Assembly (NCBI GenBank): GCA_965217585.1
Contig: OZ244561.1
Location: forward strand, 6,496,001 to 6,560,000
Origin: Candidatus Latescibacterota bacterium
GTDB taxonomy: Bacteria > Latescibacterota > UBA2968 > UBA8231
Direction of reading: 5' to 3'
DNA length: 64,000 bases
The notes under the pieces are model-generated. The model was not told the DNA's origin and did not search any database. It saw nothing but the letters and a program-made list of their open reading frames with translations. This document shows positions 8,906-18,137 of the stretch, one piece after another. The translations under genes and the position numbers were made by a program. The stretch's first letter is position 1, and every line of letters starts with the position of its first letter.

Positions 8906-11035
8906 TTAGCCCGCTAAATCCACCACCCAATCCGCAGCCGCCCTCACCGTTGGATGCTGGTCGGCGACGACGACTGTGGCCCCCCGATCCACCAGCCCCC
9001 GCAAGGCCGCAACCATCAAGCGCACATCTTCCAGATGATCGCCGCTGGTCGGATCGTCAATCAGCACCCAAGTGCGCTGGGAGGCTCGCGTCGATTCGAG
9101 CGCCAGCCGCAGCCGCAACCACTCCCCTCGCTCCAGCCCCTGCACCTCCTGCCCCAGAAGCAGGTAGCCGAGGCCACACTCCACGGCCGCCTCTAGGCGC
9201 GGGCGAATTGGGGCGTGCCGGGCAAAGTGGATACGAGCCTGTTCCAAGGTCATGCCCAACACATCGGCAATGCTCGCGCCACGCAGGGTCACCTCGCAGA
9301 TTTCGTCTCGGTATCGGCGGCCCTCGCAAGCGGCGCACACGAGCGCTATATCCTCTAGAAACTCCAAATCGAAGTAGCATTGGCCGCGGCCTTCACAGCT
9401 CGGACAACGCCCCCCTGGCCGATCCAACAAGAAGGCATCGCGGGCCCAGCCGCGGGCCGTTGCAGCCGGCGATGCGGCGTACAGATCGGCGATGCGCTCG
9501 AAAAGGCCTAGCCCCTCCAAAAGCGTGGCCTTGCCGCTCGGGGCTTCCACCGTTGTGACTCGGCTGTTGCGCGGCGCACCCGCGGCGACGTACTCGACGG
9601 GCCGCCCCTTGAGCAGTGGCAGCAAGACCTCGTGCAACAGCCGGGTTTTGCCGCTGCCGGAAGGCCCGCATACGCAGGTCAGCACTCCGTGCGGCAGCTC
9701 GATAGCAAGCGGCCCGACCACACCGCTCCCGCGAAGGACCAATGCCAGCTTAGCTTGCTCGGCGACCCGCCTTCCATCCACTCCATCTAGCTCTAACTCA
9801 GTCGCCTCCCCCATCCGCGCTCGCCCCTCTGCAAATGCCCAGACCTCGTCCGCGCTCGCTACGAGTTCAGGCGTGTGATCCAACAATAGCGCGGTATTGC
9901 CGCCAGCGACCAGTCGGCGAAGACCCGCCGCAACCGCGTTCAGTATTCCCCCTGACAATTGGCTGCCCAAACCCTCCAAAATGTAGAGGATGCCCGTCAG
10001 GCCGCTGCTGAGACAGGACGCCAATTGCAGGCGCTGCCACTCGCCAGCCGCCAGCGATTCGAGCCGGCGGCTCAACGGCAGGTGCTCCAGCCCCAAACCG
10101 CAGGCCTCGGTGAGCGCACCCTCTACCTTGGCGCACCCCTGGCCCATTTTGCCAGCAGCGGCCAGCCAATCGCGCAACGAGCCGAGGGGGGCCTCCATCA
10201 GCTCGTGCATGGTGCGGCCATGCAGGGTCACCTGGCCAGCCAAGGGCTGGCCCGCGCCGAAGTCGGCTGCGGCCAGCGGCTCGTACTGGCGACCGCACTC
10301 GCCACAGGTCGGCTGCTGGTTTAATTGCATCATCTCGCTGGCCCCATCCACCAAAACCACCGTCCGCCCCGATGAAATAGAGCGGCTCACGCGCACTGCT
10401 TCCAAAAATCGCACGCTAGCGTTCGGGTCTGGCACCAAGCGGTCCACCACGATGTGTACCTCGTGTTCGCCGCTCGGCAACGCTGGCCCGTCGCCTTCCA
10501 ACCGCTGGATCTGGCCGTCGATTGCGACCCGGGTAAACCCGGCCTGCACAAGTTGTTGCCACATCCCTGCGTTCCGCAGGGTCAAAGGGGCCAATACCAA
10601 ACAGCGAGTGCCTGGATGAACGCGGGCAATCTCTCGCTCTACCTCATCGGCCGCATAGCGGCGGCAGCGGCCACCGCATTCGAGGCAGTGCATCTGTCCG
10701 TCTTCCAATATGATCTGCGCCAAAATCCCGTCTAGCTGCAAGTAGTCCCCGACCGTGCGCCCGCGGCGCGGTGCCCCCAAGTAAATGGCCGGCGGCAAGC
10801 CCGAGACCTCGTCCACATCGGCGCGCGCCGTCCCGCTGACGCCCTCGCGTTCGGCCGGAGACAGGGCCTGCATGTAGCGCCGGCGGCTCTCCGCGTAGAG
10901 GATGTCTAAAGCCATGGCGCGGCGGCCGCTGCTACTGCGGCCGGTAAAGCAAATAACCCGGCCCAGCGGCAAATCCATATCGACATTGGCGAGACCGCCC
11001 GCCCGGGCGCCGCGTACACAGAGGGTCGCTTTCAA
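8906..11035 (-). CDS. Divergent, shortened UvrA-like ABC protein with degenerate ATPase motifs
   Basis: UvrA-like N-terminus (VRGARxxxLxNV, LYAESRRRY), second Walker A GPSGSGKT, C-terminal Zn finger CPSCEG...CAACEG; only 709 aa. Confidence 0.8.
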   Translation of the reverse strand: MKATLCVRGARAGGLANVDMDLPLGRVICFTGRSSSGRRAMALDILYAESRRRYMQALSPAEREGVSGTARADVDEVSGLPPAIYLGAPRRGRTVGDYLQLDGILAQIILEDGQMHCLECGGRCRRYAADEVEREIARVHPGTRCLVLAPLTLRNAGMWQQLVQAGFTRVAIDGQIQRLEGDGPALPSGEHEVHIVVDRLVPDPNASVRFLEAVRVSRSISSGRTVVLVDGASEMMQLNQQPTCGECGRQYEPLAAADFGAGQPLAGQVTLHGRTMHELMEAPLGSLRDWLAAAGKMGQGCAKVEGALTEACGLGLEHLPLSRRLESLAAGEWQRLQLASCLSSGLTGILYILEGLGSQLSGGILNAVAAGLRRLVAGGNTALLLDHTPELVASADEVWAFAEGRARMGEATELELDGVDGRRVAEQAKLALVLRGSGVVGPLAIELPHGVLTCVCGPSGSGKTRLLHEVLLPLLKGRPVEYVAAGAPRNSRVTTVEAPSGKATLLEGLGLFERIADLYAASPAATARGWARDAFLLDRPGGRCPSCEGRGQCYFDLEFLEDIALVCAACEGRRYRDEICEVTLRGASIADVLGMTLEQARIHFARHAPIRPRLEAAVECGLGYLLLGQEVQGLERGEWLRLRLALESTRASQRTWVLIDDPTSGDHLEDVRLMVAALRGLVDRGATVVVADQHPTVRAAADWVVDLAG

Positions 11036-12972
11036 GGATGGGCCTGCGTCATGGAATCGATTTTCGCCTGCAAGCGCGCGTCAGCGGGATTTCGCGTGCG
11101 CAAAAACGCCCAGTGGGCTTCTGCTGCGCGGGGACGCCCCAAGCGCAACAGTACTTCCCCGCGCCGGTAGTGCGCTTGGACGTGGTTGGGGTCCAGTTTG
11201 AGTGCCCGAGCAAAGGCATCCACCGCGGCTTGGTCATCCCTCTGCTTAGCATACACCAAGCCGAGATTGAAATGCGCTCGGGCATAGCCGGCGTCGAGCG
11301 CGAGGGCCTTGTGGAAGTGCGCGGCGGCCTCGCTCCATTGACCGAGGCGATAATAGCACAGACCGAGGTTGTTGTATAGGCCGGGCGCGGGCCGGGCGCG
11401 GCTAAAGGCCGCAATCGCCGCCTCGTATTCCCCCGCGCCGAAGAGCTCTAACCCGCGCCTAATATCCGGGTCGCCGCCTTCTTGCTGCGCCAACACGGCT
11501 GTTAGGCCAGCGGCGGCGGGCGCAAAGGACGGGTCGATGCGCAGAACCTCGCGGAACATGTTCTCGGCCGCCGCCCAATCCCCTCGGCGTTGGTACAAAG
11601 CGCCGAAATTGTAGTAATCGACCCGTTTGCGGGTCAGCCGCTCAGCCCCGGCATCCCGGTAGTTGATCGGCAGCGCGACTAGGGCCACCAAGAGGCACGA
11701 CCCTAACAGCCGGCGATGCGCACCGCCCACCACCCAAACCGCGGCGTTGGCAATCCAGCAAGCGGCGTAGAGCAGAATCACCGGCACGACGGGCAGACGA
11801 TATTCCGAAGACGTAAAAAACAGCAGACAAGCGGCCAGATAGGTCGCCAAGTACAGGTCGAGGAGGGACGAGCGGCGACTAGTAGCCCAGCCCACGACCG
11901 CCAGCGGGGCTACCAGCCCCCACCCCAAAACGCACCAGCGCAACAGGGGCACAAAGTCCCGCGCCAAGTACAGACTCAGGTTGTTTTGCGCCTCGACCCC
12001 GTTCCAGAACATGTAAAGTTTGCGGCCTTGTAGCGACAGATACGCGAGGGGATTTTCCACGGCAAAGCGCAAGCCGGCCATAAGCCAAAATCTAGAGGCT
12101 TGAGCCGGGGTCAGTTCCCGGCCCGTGCGCGCCTCGGCCTCGCGGATAAACGCCTCGCGCTCCAAGTCCGGCTCGGCGCTGGGCAGGAAATCGACCTGCG
12201 CGTAGATGCCGTTGGCTTCGGGGTGGTTGCCCACGTAGAAGTTCATCCCGGCTGAGGACGTGGTCAGCAGCCACTCCCCTCCGACGAGATAGTTGCGGCA
12301 AGCCACCGCGCCCACTACGAGGCCGCAGCCCACGACCACCACCACCCACTGCCGCCAATCGCGCCGCCCCCACTGCGCGACAAACCAGCCCGCGACCACC
12401 GCGACAAACAGCAAGACCATGGGCCGCGCCGTAGCCGAAAGCCCCAACAGCAGACCCGCGGCCAACAGCCAACGCGCCGAGCCTTGCGCGTGCGCTAAGC
12501 AATACAAGGCCGCGAGATTCAAAAAGGTGATCGGCGTGGCGGTCAGCAGCGCCCCGTCGTAGAACACATACGGCTGGTAGATCGCCGCCATGCCCGCGGC
12601 TAACAACCCAATTTGCGCGCTCCACAGTTTCCGGCCCAGCGCGTAGATCAAATAGCAACCACCCGTTCCCAGCGCCGCCTGCACCAAGCCAACCCACCAA
12701 TATTCAGCGCCCAACAGCGCGTAAATGGTGGCCAAGAAGTAGGAGTAAAACGGATTCATAAAGAAAGGCTGGTCGCCCAGCCAATCGCCCGCGATAATGG
12801 CCCGGGCGCGGCGGTCGTAGAACTCGGAGTCGATCAGGAGGACGTCGAAGAGCGGCGTATCAACCGCTTGGTAGAGATAGGCTAGGCGCACGCCGAGGGC
12901 GGCGATTAGGATCGCCCAGAGGATGGCTTCCTCTCGCCTCAGCCGCGCCGCGCCGATACCTATGGTCTGCAT
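11032..12972 (-). CDS. GT-C (ArnT/PMT-like) membrane glycosyltransferase with C-terminal TPR repeats
   Basis: Many TM segments, D-x-x-x-Y in the first loop, NFYVGN, and TPR repeats (YNNLG, AHFNLG). Confidence 0.8.
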   Translation of the reverse strand: MQTIGIGAARLRREEAILWAILIAALGVRLAYLYQAVDTPLFDVLLIDSEFYDRRARAIIAGDWLGDQPFFMNPFYSYFLATIYALLGAEYWWVGLVQAALGTGGCYLIYALGRKLWSAQIGLLAAGMAAIYQPYVFYDGALLTATPITFLNLAALYCLAHAQGSARWLLAAGLLLGLSATARPMVLLFVAVVAGWFVAQWGRRDWRQWVVVVVGCGLVVGAVACRNYLVGGEWLLTTSSAGMNFYVGNHPEANGIYAQVDFLPSAEPDLEREAFIREAEARTGRELTPAQASRFWLMAGLRFAVENPLAYLSLQGRKLYMFWNGVEAQNNLSLYLARDFVPLLRWCVLGWGLVAPLAVVGWATSRRSSLLDLYLATYLAACLLFFTSSEYRLPVVPVILLYAACWIANAAVWVVGGAHRRLLGSCLLVALVALPINYRDAGAERLTRKRVDYYNFGALYQRRGDWAAAENMFREVLRIDPSFAPAAAGLTAVLAQQEGGDPDIRRGLELFGAGEYEAAIAAFSRARPAPGLYNNLGLCYYRLGQWSEAAAHFHKALALDAGYARAHFNLGLVYAKQRDDQAAVDAFARALKLDPNHVQAHYRRGEVLLRLGRPRAAEAHWAFLRTRNPADARLQAKIDSMTQAHP

Positions 12973-13088
12973 ACTATCAATATAGCCGGAATTCCCGGCG
13001 CTGGCATGGCTCCTGCTCCCTTGACTTGGCTACTGCGCCGTCTCAAGCTATGGCCCTGCTCAAACCGCAAACAAAAGGCCCTGTTTAC

Positions 13089-15548
13089 ATGCGATTGTCT
13101 TGGAACGAAATCGGCGCCCGCGCCGCCCGATTTGCTCAAGAATGGCAGGACGCAGGCTACGAGAAGGGGCAGACCCAACTTTTCTACCGCGACTTTTTCG
13201 ACATCTTCGGCGTGCCTGTGCGCCGAGTGGCCGCGTTTGAGCAACCCGTTAAGCTGCTCGGCGCTAAGCGCGGCTTTATCGACCTGTTTTGGAAAGGCGT
13301 GCTGCTCGTCGAGCAGAAAAGTGTCGGCCGCGATCTCACCAAGGCCAAGACCCAAGCCCTCTCTTACTTCCCCGGTCTCAAGGACGCCGACCTGCCGCGC
13401 TACATCCTGCTGAGCGACTTTGAGACGTTTGAGCTATACGACCTCGACGAAGACGAAAGCGTCGCCTTTGCCCTCGCCGACTTACCCCAACACGTCGAAA
13501 AGTTCGGCTTCATCTTGGGCGTGCAGAAGTGGACCTTCCGCGACCCGTTGCTCATTCCGTCGTTCGATTCCGCGATGCGCCAGCGGCTCATCGACGCTTG
13601 CCATTTCAATTGGTCCGACATCTCTCCGGCGATCTTTGGCTCGCTCTTTCAGTCGGTGATGGACAAGAACGAGCGCCGTGCTCAGGGGGCGCACTACACC
13701 ACCGAACAAAACATCCTCAAGGTTATTGAGCCGCTGTTTCTCGATAAGCTGCGTGTGGAGTTCCGCCGCCTCCAGTCGCGCCGAGACAATCGCCGCATTC
13801 CCGAACTCATTGCCTTTCAGCGGCGGCTTGGCCAGTTGCGCTTTTTTGATCCGGCCTGTGGCTGCGGCAACTTCCTCATCATCGCCTACCGCGAGTTGCG
13901 GGCGCTGGAAATCGAGGTACTCAAAGAGATTCGTCCACACGGCCAGCTCGACGTTTTAGCCGAGCTGCTTTCGGTCGTCGATGTGGATCAGTTCTACGGT
14001 ATTGAGTTGGGCGAGTTTCCAGCGCACATCGCCGAGGTAGCCTTGTGGATGATGGACCACATTATGAACAACCGGCTGAGCTTGGAGTTCGGCCAGACGT
14101 ACACGCGCATTCCGCTGGAGAAGTCGCCGCACATCCGGCATGGCGATGCGCTGAAGACGGACTGGAGCGAACTGCTGCCGCCGGAGGAATGTTCCTACGT
14201 GCTCGGCAATCCGCCGTTTGTGGGCGCGAAGTTCCAATCGCCCGAACAGCGCGCACAGGTGCGCCGCATCGCCGCGCTGGGCAAAAGCGGCGGCACGCTC
14301 GATTACGTCACCGCTTGGTTTATCAAGGCGGGCGAATACGTGCAGCAGAGCGCGGCGCGGATCGGCTTTGTGGCGACCAATTCCATCACACAGGGCGAAC
14401 AAGTAGCACAGCTTTGGCCGATTTTGTTCGACCGCTGCAAGCTGGACATCGCCTTTGCGCATCGCACCTTTGCCTGGGGATCGGACGCTCGCGGCATGGC
14501 GCACGTTCACGTCGTCATTATCGGGCTGGCCAAACGAGGCGAGGCACCGAGGGAGAAACGGCTGTTTTCCTACGACGCAGCACCCAAGGGCGAGCTACAC
14601 GGAAGCCAACATGCGGCCCTCTCGCCTTACCTGTTCGACGCCAGCGGGCTGGCCGATTCGCGGGTTGTGGTAAAATCGGAACACCGGCCGATTAACGGAT
14701 TCCGGCGGCTAAAGACCGGCGTTCAGATGATCGACAACGGGATTCTGACCTTCAGTAAGGAGGAAAAAGAAGCGTTTCTCGCGTCTGAACCAACGGCATC
14801 CAAATTCTTCCGTCGCTATATAGGCGGCGACGAGTTCATTAACGGCTTTTATCGCTGGATCCTTTACCTGCGAGAAGCTACCCCAACAGAACTGAGGCAA
14901 CTGCCGATGGTCGCCAAGAGGATTGCGGAGGTTCGCGCGTACCGAGCAGCGAGTAAGCGTGTGAGTACGCAGAAAATGGCTGACTATCCAACTTTGGTCG
15001 GTGTTGATGAGCGGCTAAACGCGGATTACTTGGTCATTCCCAATACCAGTTCGGAACGCCGCACTTATATCCCTATCGGCTGGCTCGGCACCGATGTCAT
15101 TGCAAACCAAAAGCTGCGTATTCTTCCAGAGGCAACTCTTTGTGATTTTGCCTTGCTCACCTCCACCATGCACATGGCTTGGATGCGGGCGGTCACAGGG
15201 CGTCTAGAGAGCCGTTATATGTACTCCGTAGGCGTAGTGTACAACACCTTCCCCCTACCTCCCGGCCCCGCAGAACGCCTACAACGCCTTGCGCCCCACG
15301 CCGACGCCGTCCTCGCCGCCCGCGCCAACCATCCCGACGCAACGCTGGCCGACCTCTACGACCCCGACCTCATGCCCGCCGACCTTCGCAAAGCACACCA
15401 AGCCCTCGACCGCGCCGTCGATAGACTCTACCGCCGCAGCGGCTTCACCTCCGACCGCGAGCGCGTCGAACATCTATTTGGACTGTACGAAAAAATGCTA
15501 GTGCCGCTGACGGCCAAGGCCAAGCCGAAGCGGCGACGGAGGGCGTAG
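13089..15548 (+). CDS. MmeI/YeeA-like Type IIL restriction-modification enzyme (N6-adenine MTase) with an apparent internal in-frame deletion
   Basis: MRLSWNEI...; PD-ExK-type IDLFWKGVLLVEQKS; GAHYT; motif I DPACGCGNF; motif IV GNPPF; C-terminal TLADLYDP...AHQALDRAVD. Confidence 0.9.
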   Translation: MRLSWNEIGARAARFAQEWQDAGYEKGQTQLFYRDFFDIFGVPVRRVAAFEQPVKLLGAKRGFIDLFWKGVLLVEQKSVGRDLTKAKTQALSYFPGLKDADLPRYILLSDFETFELYDLDEDESVAFALADLPQHVEKFGFILGVQKWTFRDPLLIPSFDSAMRQRLIDACHFNWSDISPAIFGSLFQSVMDKNERRAQGAHYTTEQNILKVIEPLFLDKLRVEFRRLQSRRDNRRIPELIAFQRRLGQLRFFDPACGCGNFLIIAYRELRALEIEVLKEIRPHGQLDVLAELLSVVDVDQFYGIELGEFPAHIAEVALWMMDHIMNNRLSLEFGQTYTRIPLEKSPHIRHGDALKTDWSELLPPEECSYVLGNPPFVGAKFQSPEQRAQVRRIAALGKSGGTLDYVTAWFIKAGEYVQQSAARIGFVATNSITQGEQVAQLWPILFDRCKLDIAFAHRTFAWGSDARGMAHVHVVIIGLAKRGEAPREKRLFSYDAAPKGELHGSQHAALSPYLFDASGLADSRVVVKSEHRPINGFRRLKTGVQMIDNGILTFSKEEKEAFLASEPTASKFFRRYIGGDEFINGFYRWILYLREATPTELRQLPMVAKRIAEVRAYRAASKRVSTQKMADYPTLVGVDERLNADYLVIPNTSSERRTYIPIGWLGTDVIANQKLRILPEATLCDFALLTSTMHMAWMRAVTGRLESRYMYSVGVVYNTFPLPPGPAERLQRLAPHADAVLAARANHPDATLADLYDPDLMPADLRKAHQALDRAVDRLYRRSGFTSDRERVEHLFGLYEKMLVPLTAKAKPKRRRRA

Positions 15549-15576
15549 GGGAAAGGCTAGTGCCGAAGGTGATTTT

Positions 15577-15759
15577 TTAAGAGGTTATTCCCAGTTGTTG
15601 TTTGATCAATTTACACAAACTTTCCTTAATCTCTCGATGTCTTGGTACTGGAGCCTGCTTACCATTTTGAATATTGGCATAAATATCATGCCTGCTGCCA
15701 TGCCTTTTCAAGTAGCACCCTTCATCGGTCAGGTGTCTGATGAAGTCCCTCCGCTTCAA
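15577..15759 (-). CDS. hicA: HicA-family toxin
   Basis: 60 aa, basic, RHGSRHDIY...PVPRH motif; TTG start overlaps the hicB stop. Confidence 0.88.
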   Translation of the reverse strand: MKRRDFIRHLTDEGCYLKRHGSRHDIYANIQNGKQAPVPRHREIKESLCKLIKQQLGITS

Positions 15760-15965
15760 GGTACTTCCATATTTATATCGATTGAACTGTATTCTTCTAC
15801 AGGTACCGGCATAGCCTCTTGTGCCATGAGCTGGTAGGCGTCTTTGATATTCACTTTCAACTCTTCTAAACTTTCCCCTTGGCTGAACACTCCAGGAACT
15901 TCACGGAGTTTCCCAATGTACCAACCATCATCTACCCAAAAATCCAAGGTAAAACTTCTGAACAT
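15756..15965 (-). CDS. hicB: HicB-family antitoxin (short, no DNA-binding domain)
   Basis: DGWY...EVPGVFSQGESLEELKVNIKDA HicB signature; low GC. Confidence 0.88.
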   Translation of the reverse strand: MFRSFTLDFWVDDGWYIGKLREVPGVFSQGESLEELKVNIKDAYQLMAQEAMPVPVEEYSSIDINMEVP

Positions 15966-16085
15966 ATCCCTGTCCTCTCTTACGATGCACTTACAAATTC
16001 TATAAACGTGAAGGCGATCACTCTCAGATGTTCAAATAAGTTAAGAGAGATGTCAAGCTACAACCTCCTCAGTTGCAACGCGGAG

Positions 16086-18137
16086 TCACCGCTGCACAAC
16101 CCAATAGTGAAACGAAACAATCGGCCGCAAATCGCCGCCAAAGTGGATCGGCTGCGTCTCAATCTCGACGCGGTCGCTCACATCCGAGGCCGGTATCTGG
16201 CCGACGGCCAGTTCGAGCCACTGACGGCCCCGCCCCCCCGGCAACTCCACGTTGGCGATCTTCTTTCCATTGGCGAACACCGCAAAGTGCTGAGCGATAC
16301 CCGTAACCGTGCGCATAATCACAGCCGCCGGTTGGCCAGCGTTCAGCGCAACCTCCATCCGCTCGCCTCCCGTTATCGTCCGGCCCCCGTCGATGTACAC
16401 GGCCTGGGGATCATCGGCAGCACTCAGGGCCAGCAGCAAATTCGCCTCCCCGCTGCCGGGGACCCACACCGCGGATTGGTAGCCGTGCCGACGTTCGTTT
16501 TCCAAATCGGCGACATCCACTTTATCAACCACCCGCCAGCCTTCCTCTAAGAGCGTCTGGTTGCGGATGGCCTCGCCGCTGAGACCGGCGGCCCAATGCG
16601 CCTGATACAACACCTTCTCCGCATCTATAATCGACGGCTCCAAGACGCGGATGCGATGCAGCGGCTGCAAGAAAATCCCTTCGGGGAAATTGAACCAATT
16701 GGGAAAAATGGCGAAGTACTGAGGACGCTGGCCCGGCGGCATGGCCTCCAGCCGCTCGAATAGCGACCCGCTCCCGTGCCGCCAAGGCGCGCTGTTCCCG
16801 GCCGTGGTCAACCCAACTAAGTCGATGGTTCGGCGGCGGCTGAAGTAGCGCAGGGCACCGGCGTCGTTGACGGCGATGCGCGCATCGGGCGGCAACTCGT
16901 CGTCTATAAAGCGCGCCATCTCGACCTGCTGGTTGCGGATATCGCTGCAATTTTCCCCGTACGCCACCGCGAAAAACCCCGCCGACATCAACCCCCACAA
17001 GCCGAAAAAGCAAGCCAAGCCCCGCGCCAGTTTGCTGCCCCATTCCCCCCCGGCCGCGTCCAAGCGCCCCAAGCCCAAGGCGGCAAAGAGAATGTAGAGC
17101 GGCAAGAAAGGCTGCTGGTAGCGGTTGAAGTGGGCGTCGTATTCGACGAGGGTGCAGGTTAGTAGAACGCCGCCGACAAACCACGCCCCACCCAATGCCG
17201 CCGCCCCGAACTTCCTCTCGGACAACTCGCTCCAGAGCCGATAGCTTAGCTCGGCTATAAAAAAGAGCGCCACAAAAGGGGCAAACACCACACGGCGGTA
17301 GTTGCCGTCGTACGCGTATAAATTGGCGCTGGTCTGATGCCCCAGCGACCCGGTGAGAATCCCTTTGACAAATTCGGCGAAGTCGAAAAAGACGGCTCGG
17401 ATCTGCTCGGGCAATGAGCCGTGGGGTTCGGCAAAGCGCCATTTGGCCTCGACCCCAGATGCCCCGGCCTCCCCCGTACACCAAGCCAGCAGCAGGGCTT
17501 GGAGCGCGTACACTCCCAAAGGCACCCCCCACTGCCAGTTCAACGCCCGGCGATAGGCGACTAGCGCCAGCAGCAGCAAGACCAAAGCGATCCCCTCGGG
17601 CCGCGCCAACGCCAGCAAGGCCGCCGCTAGCGGGGCGCGCCGATCTCCCGTTAGGTACAAATACAGGGTCAGCAAGATGGAGAAGGCAAAGAGGCCGATG
17701 GCCATGCCGCTGTAATAGCCCCACAGCAGCGGACCGCACAACAGGAACATCAACGCGGCCACCCAGCCGCTGAACGAGCCGCCCAATCTGCGGCCCAGCA
17801 GTAGGAGCAGCCACGCGCTCAACCCGAGCCACCCAGCCCCCAACGCCAACGCGTACAGCGCAATCCCCATCCCATCCAGCCCCAGCCAAAAGCCCGGCAC
17901 CAACAGCAAGGTGTACAGTAGGCTAGTCGCACCGGCCGTTGGCTCAGCGCCGGTATTGTATTCGAGGAAGTGCCCTTGGGCTGCTTGCCGCGCGTATTGG
18001 AAATAGATGAAGGAATCGTCCAGCGGCAGGGCCAAGCGGCCGCCGGTGTGGTAGAGCATGGAGGCCGCAAAGACCAAAAGCCACAAAAGGGCCAAGCCCC
18101 AAAGGATGGCCCCCTCTCGTCGAATTGCGTTCATCAC
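16086..18137 (-). CDS. GT-C-like polytopic membrane glycosyltransferase
   Basis: PLDDSFIYFQYARQ, GATSLL, LARPEG, DAGA...IDLVGL; multiple TMs; start 18137 (GTG) or 18134 (ATG). Confidence 0.7.
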   Translation of the reverse strand: MMNAIRREGAILWGLALLWLLVFAASMLYHTGGRLALPLDDSFIYFQYARQAAQGHFLEYNTGAEPTAGATSLLYTLLLVPGFWLGLDGMGIALYALALGAGWLGLSAWLLLLLGRRLGGSFSGWVAALMFLLCGPLLWGYYSGMAIGLFAFSILLTLYLYLTGDRRAPLAAALLALARPEGIALVLLLLALVAYRRALNWQWGVPLGVYALQALLLAWCTGEAGASGVEAKWRFAEPHGSLPEQIRAVFFDFAEFVKGILTGSLGHQTSANLYAYDGNYRRVVFAPFVALFFIAELSYRLWSELSERKFGAAALGGAWFVGGVLLTCTLVEYDAHFNRYQQPFLPLYILFAALGLGRLDAAGGEWGSKLARGLACFFGLWGLMSAGFFAVAYGENCSDIRNQQVEMARFIDDELPPDARIAVNDAGALRYFSRRRTIDLVGLTTAGNSAPWRHGSGSLFERLEAMPPGQRPQYFAIFPNWFNFPEGIFLQPLHRIRVLEPSIIDAEKVLYQAHWAAGLSGEAIRNQTLLEEGWRVVDKVDVADLENERRHGYQSAVWVPGSGEANLLLALSAADDPQAVYIDGGRTITGGERMEVALNAGQPAAVIMRTVTGIAQHFAVFANGKKIANVELPGGRGRQWLELAVGQIPASDVSDRVEIETQPIHFGGDLRPIVSFHYWVVQR

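Noticed and set aside
8906-11035. Calling this gene uvrA
   Set aside because: Too short and catalytic motifs are degenerate; symbol withheld
16525-17889. 454-aa alternative-frame ORF within the GT-C gene
   Set aside because: Gly/Arg/Ala-rich frame typical of GC-rich codon bias, no recognisable motif
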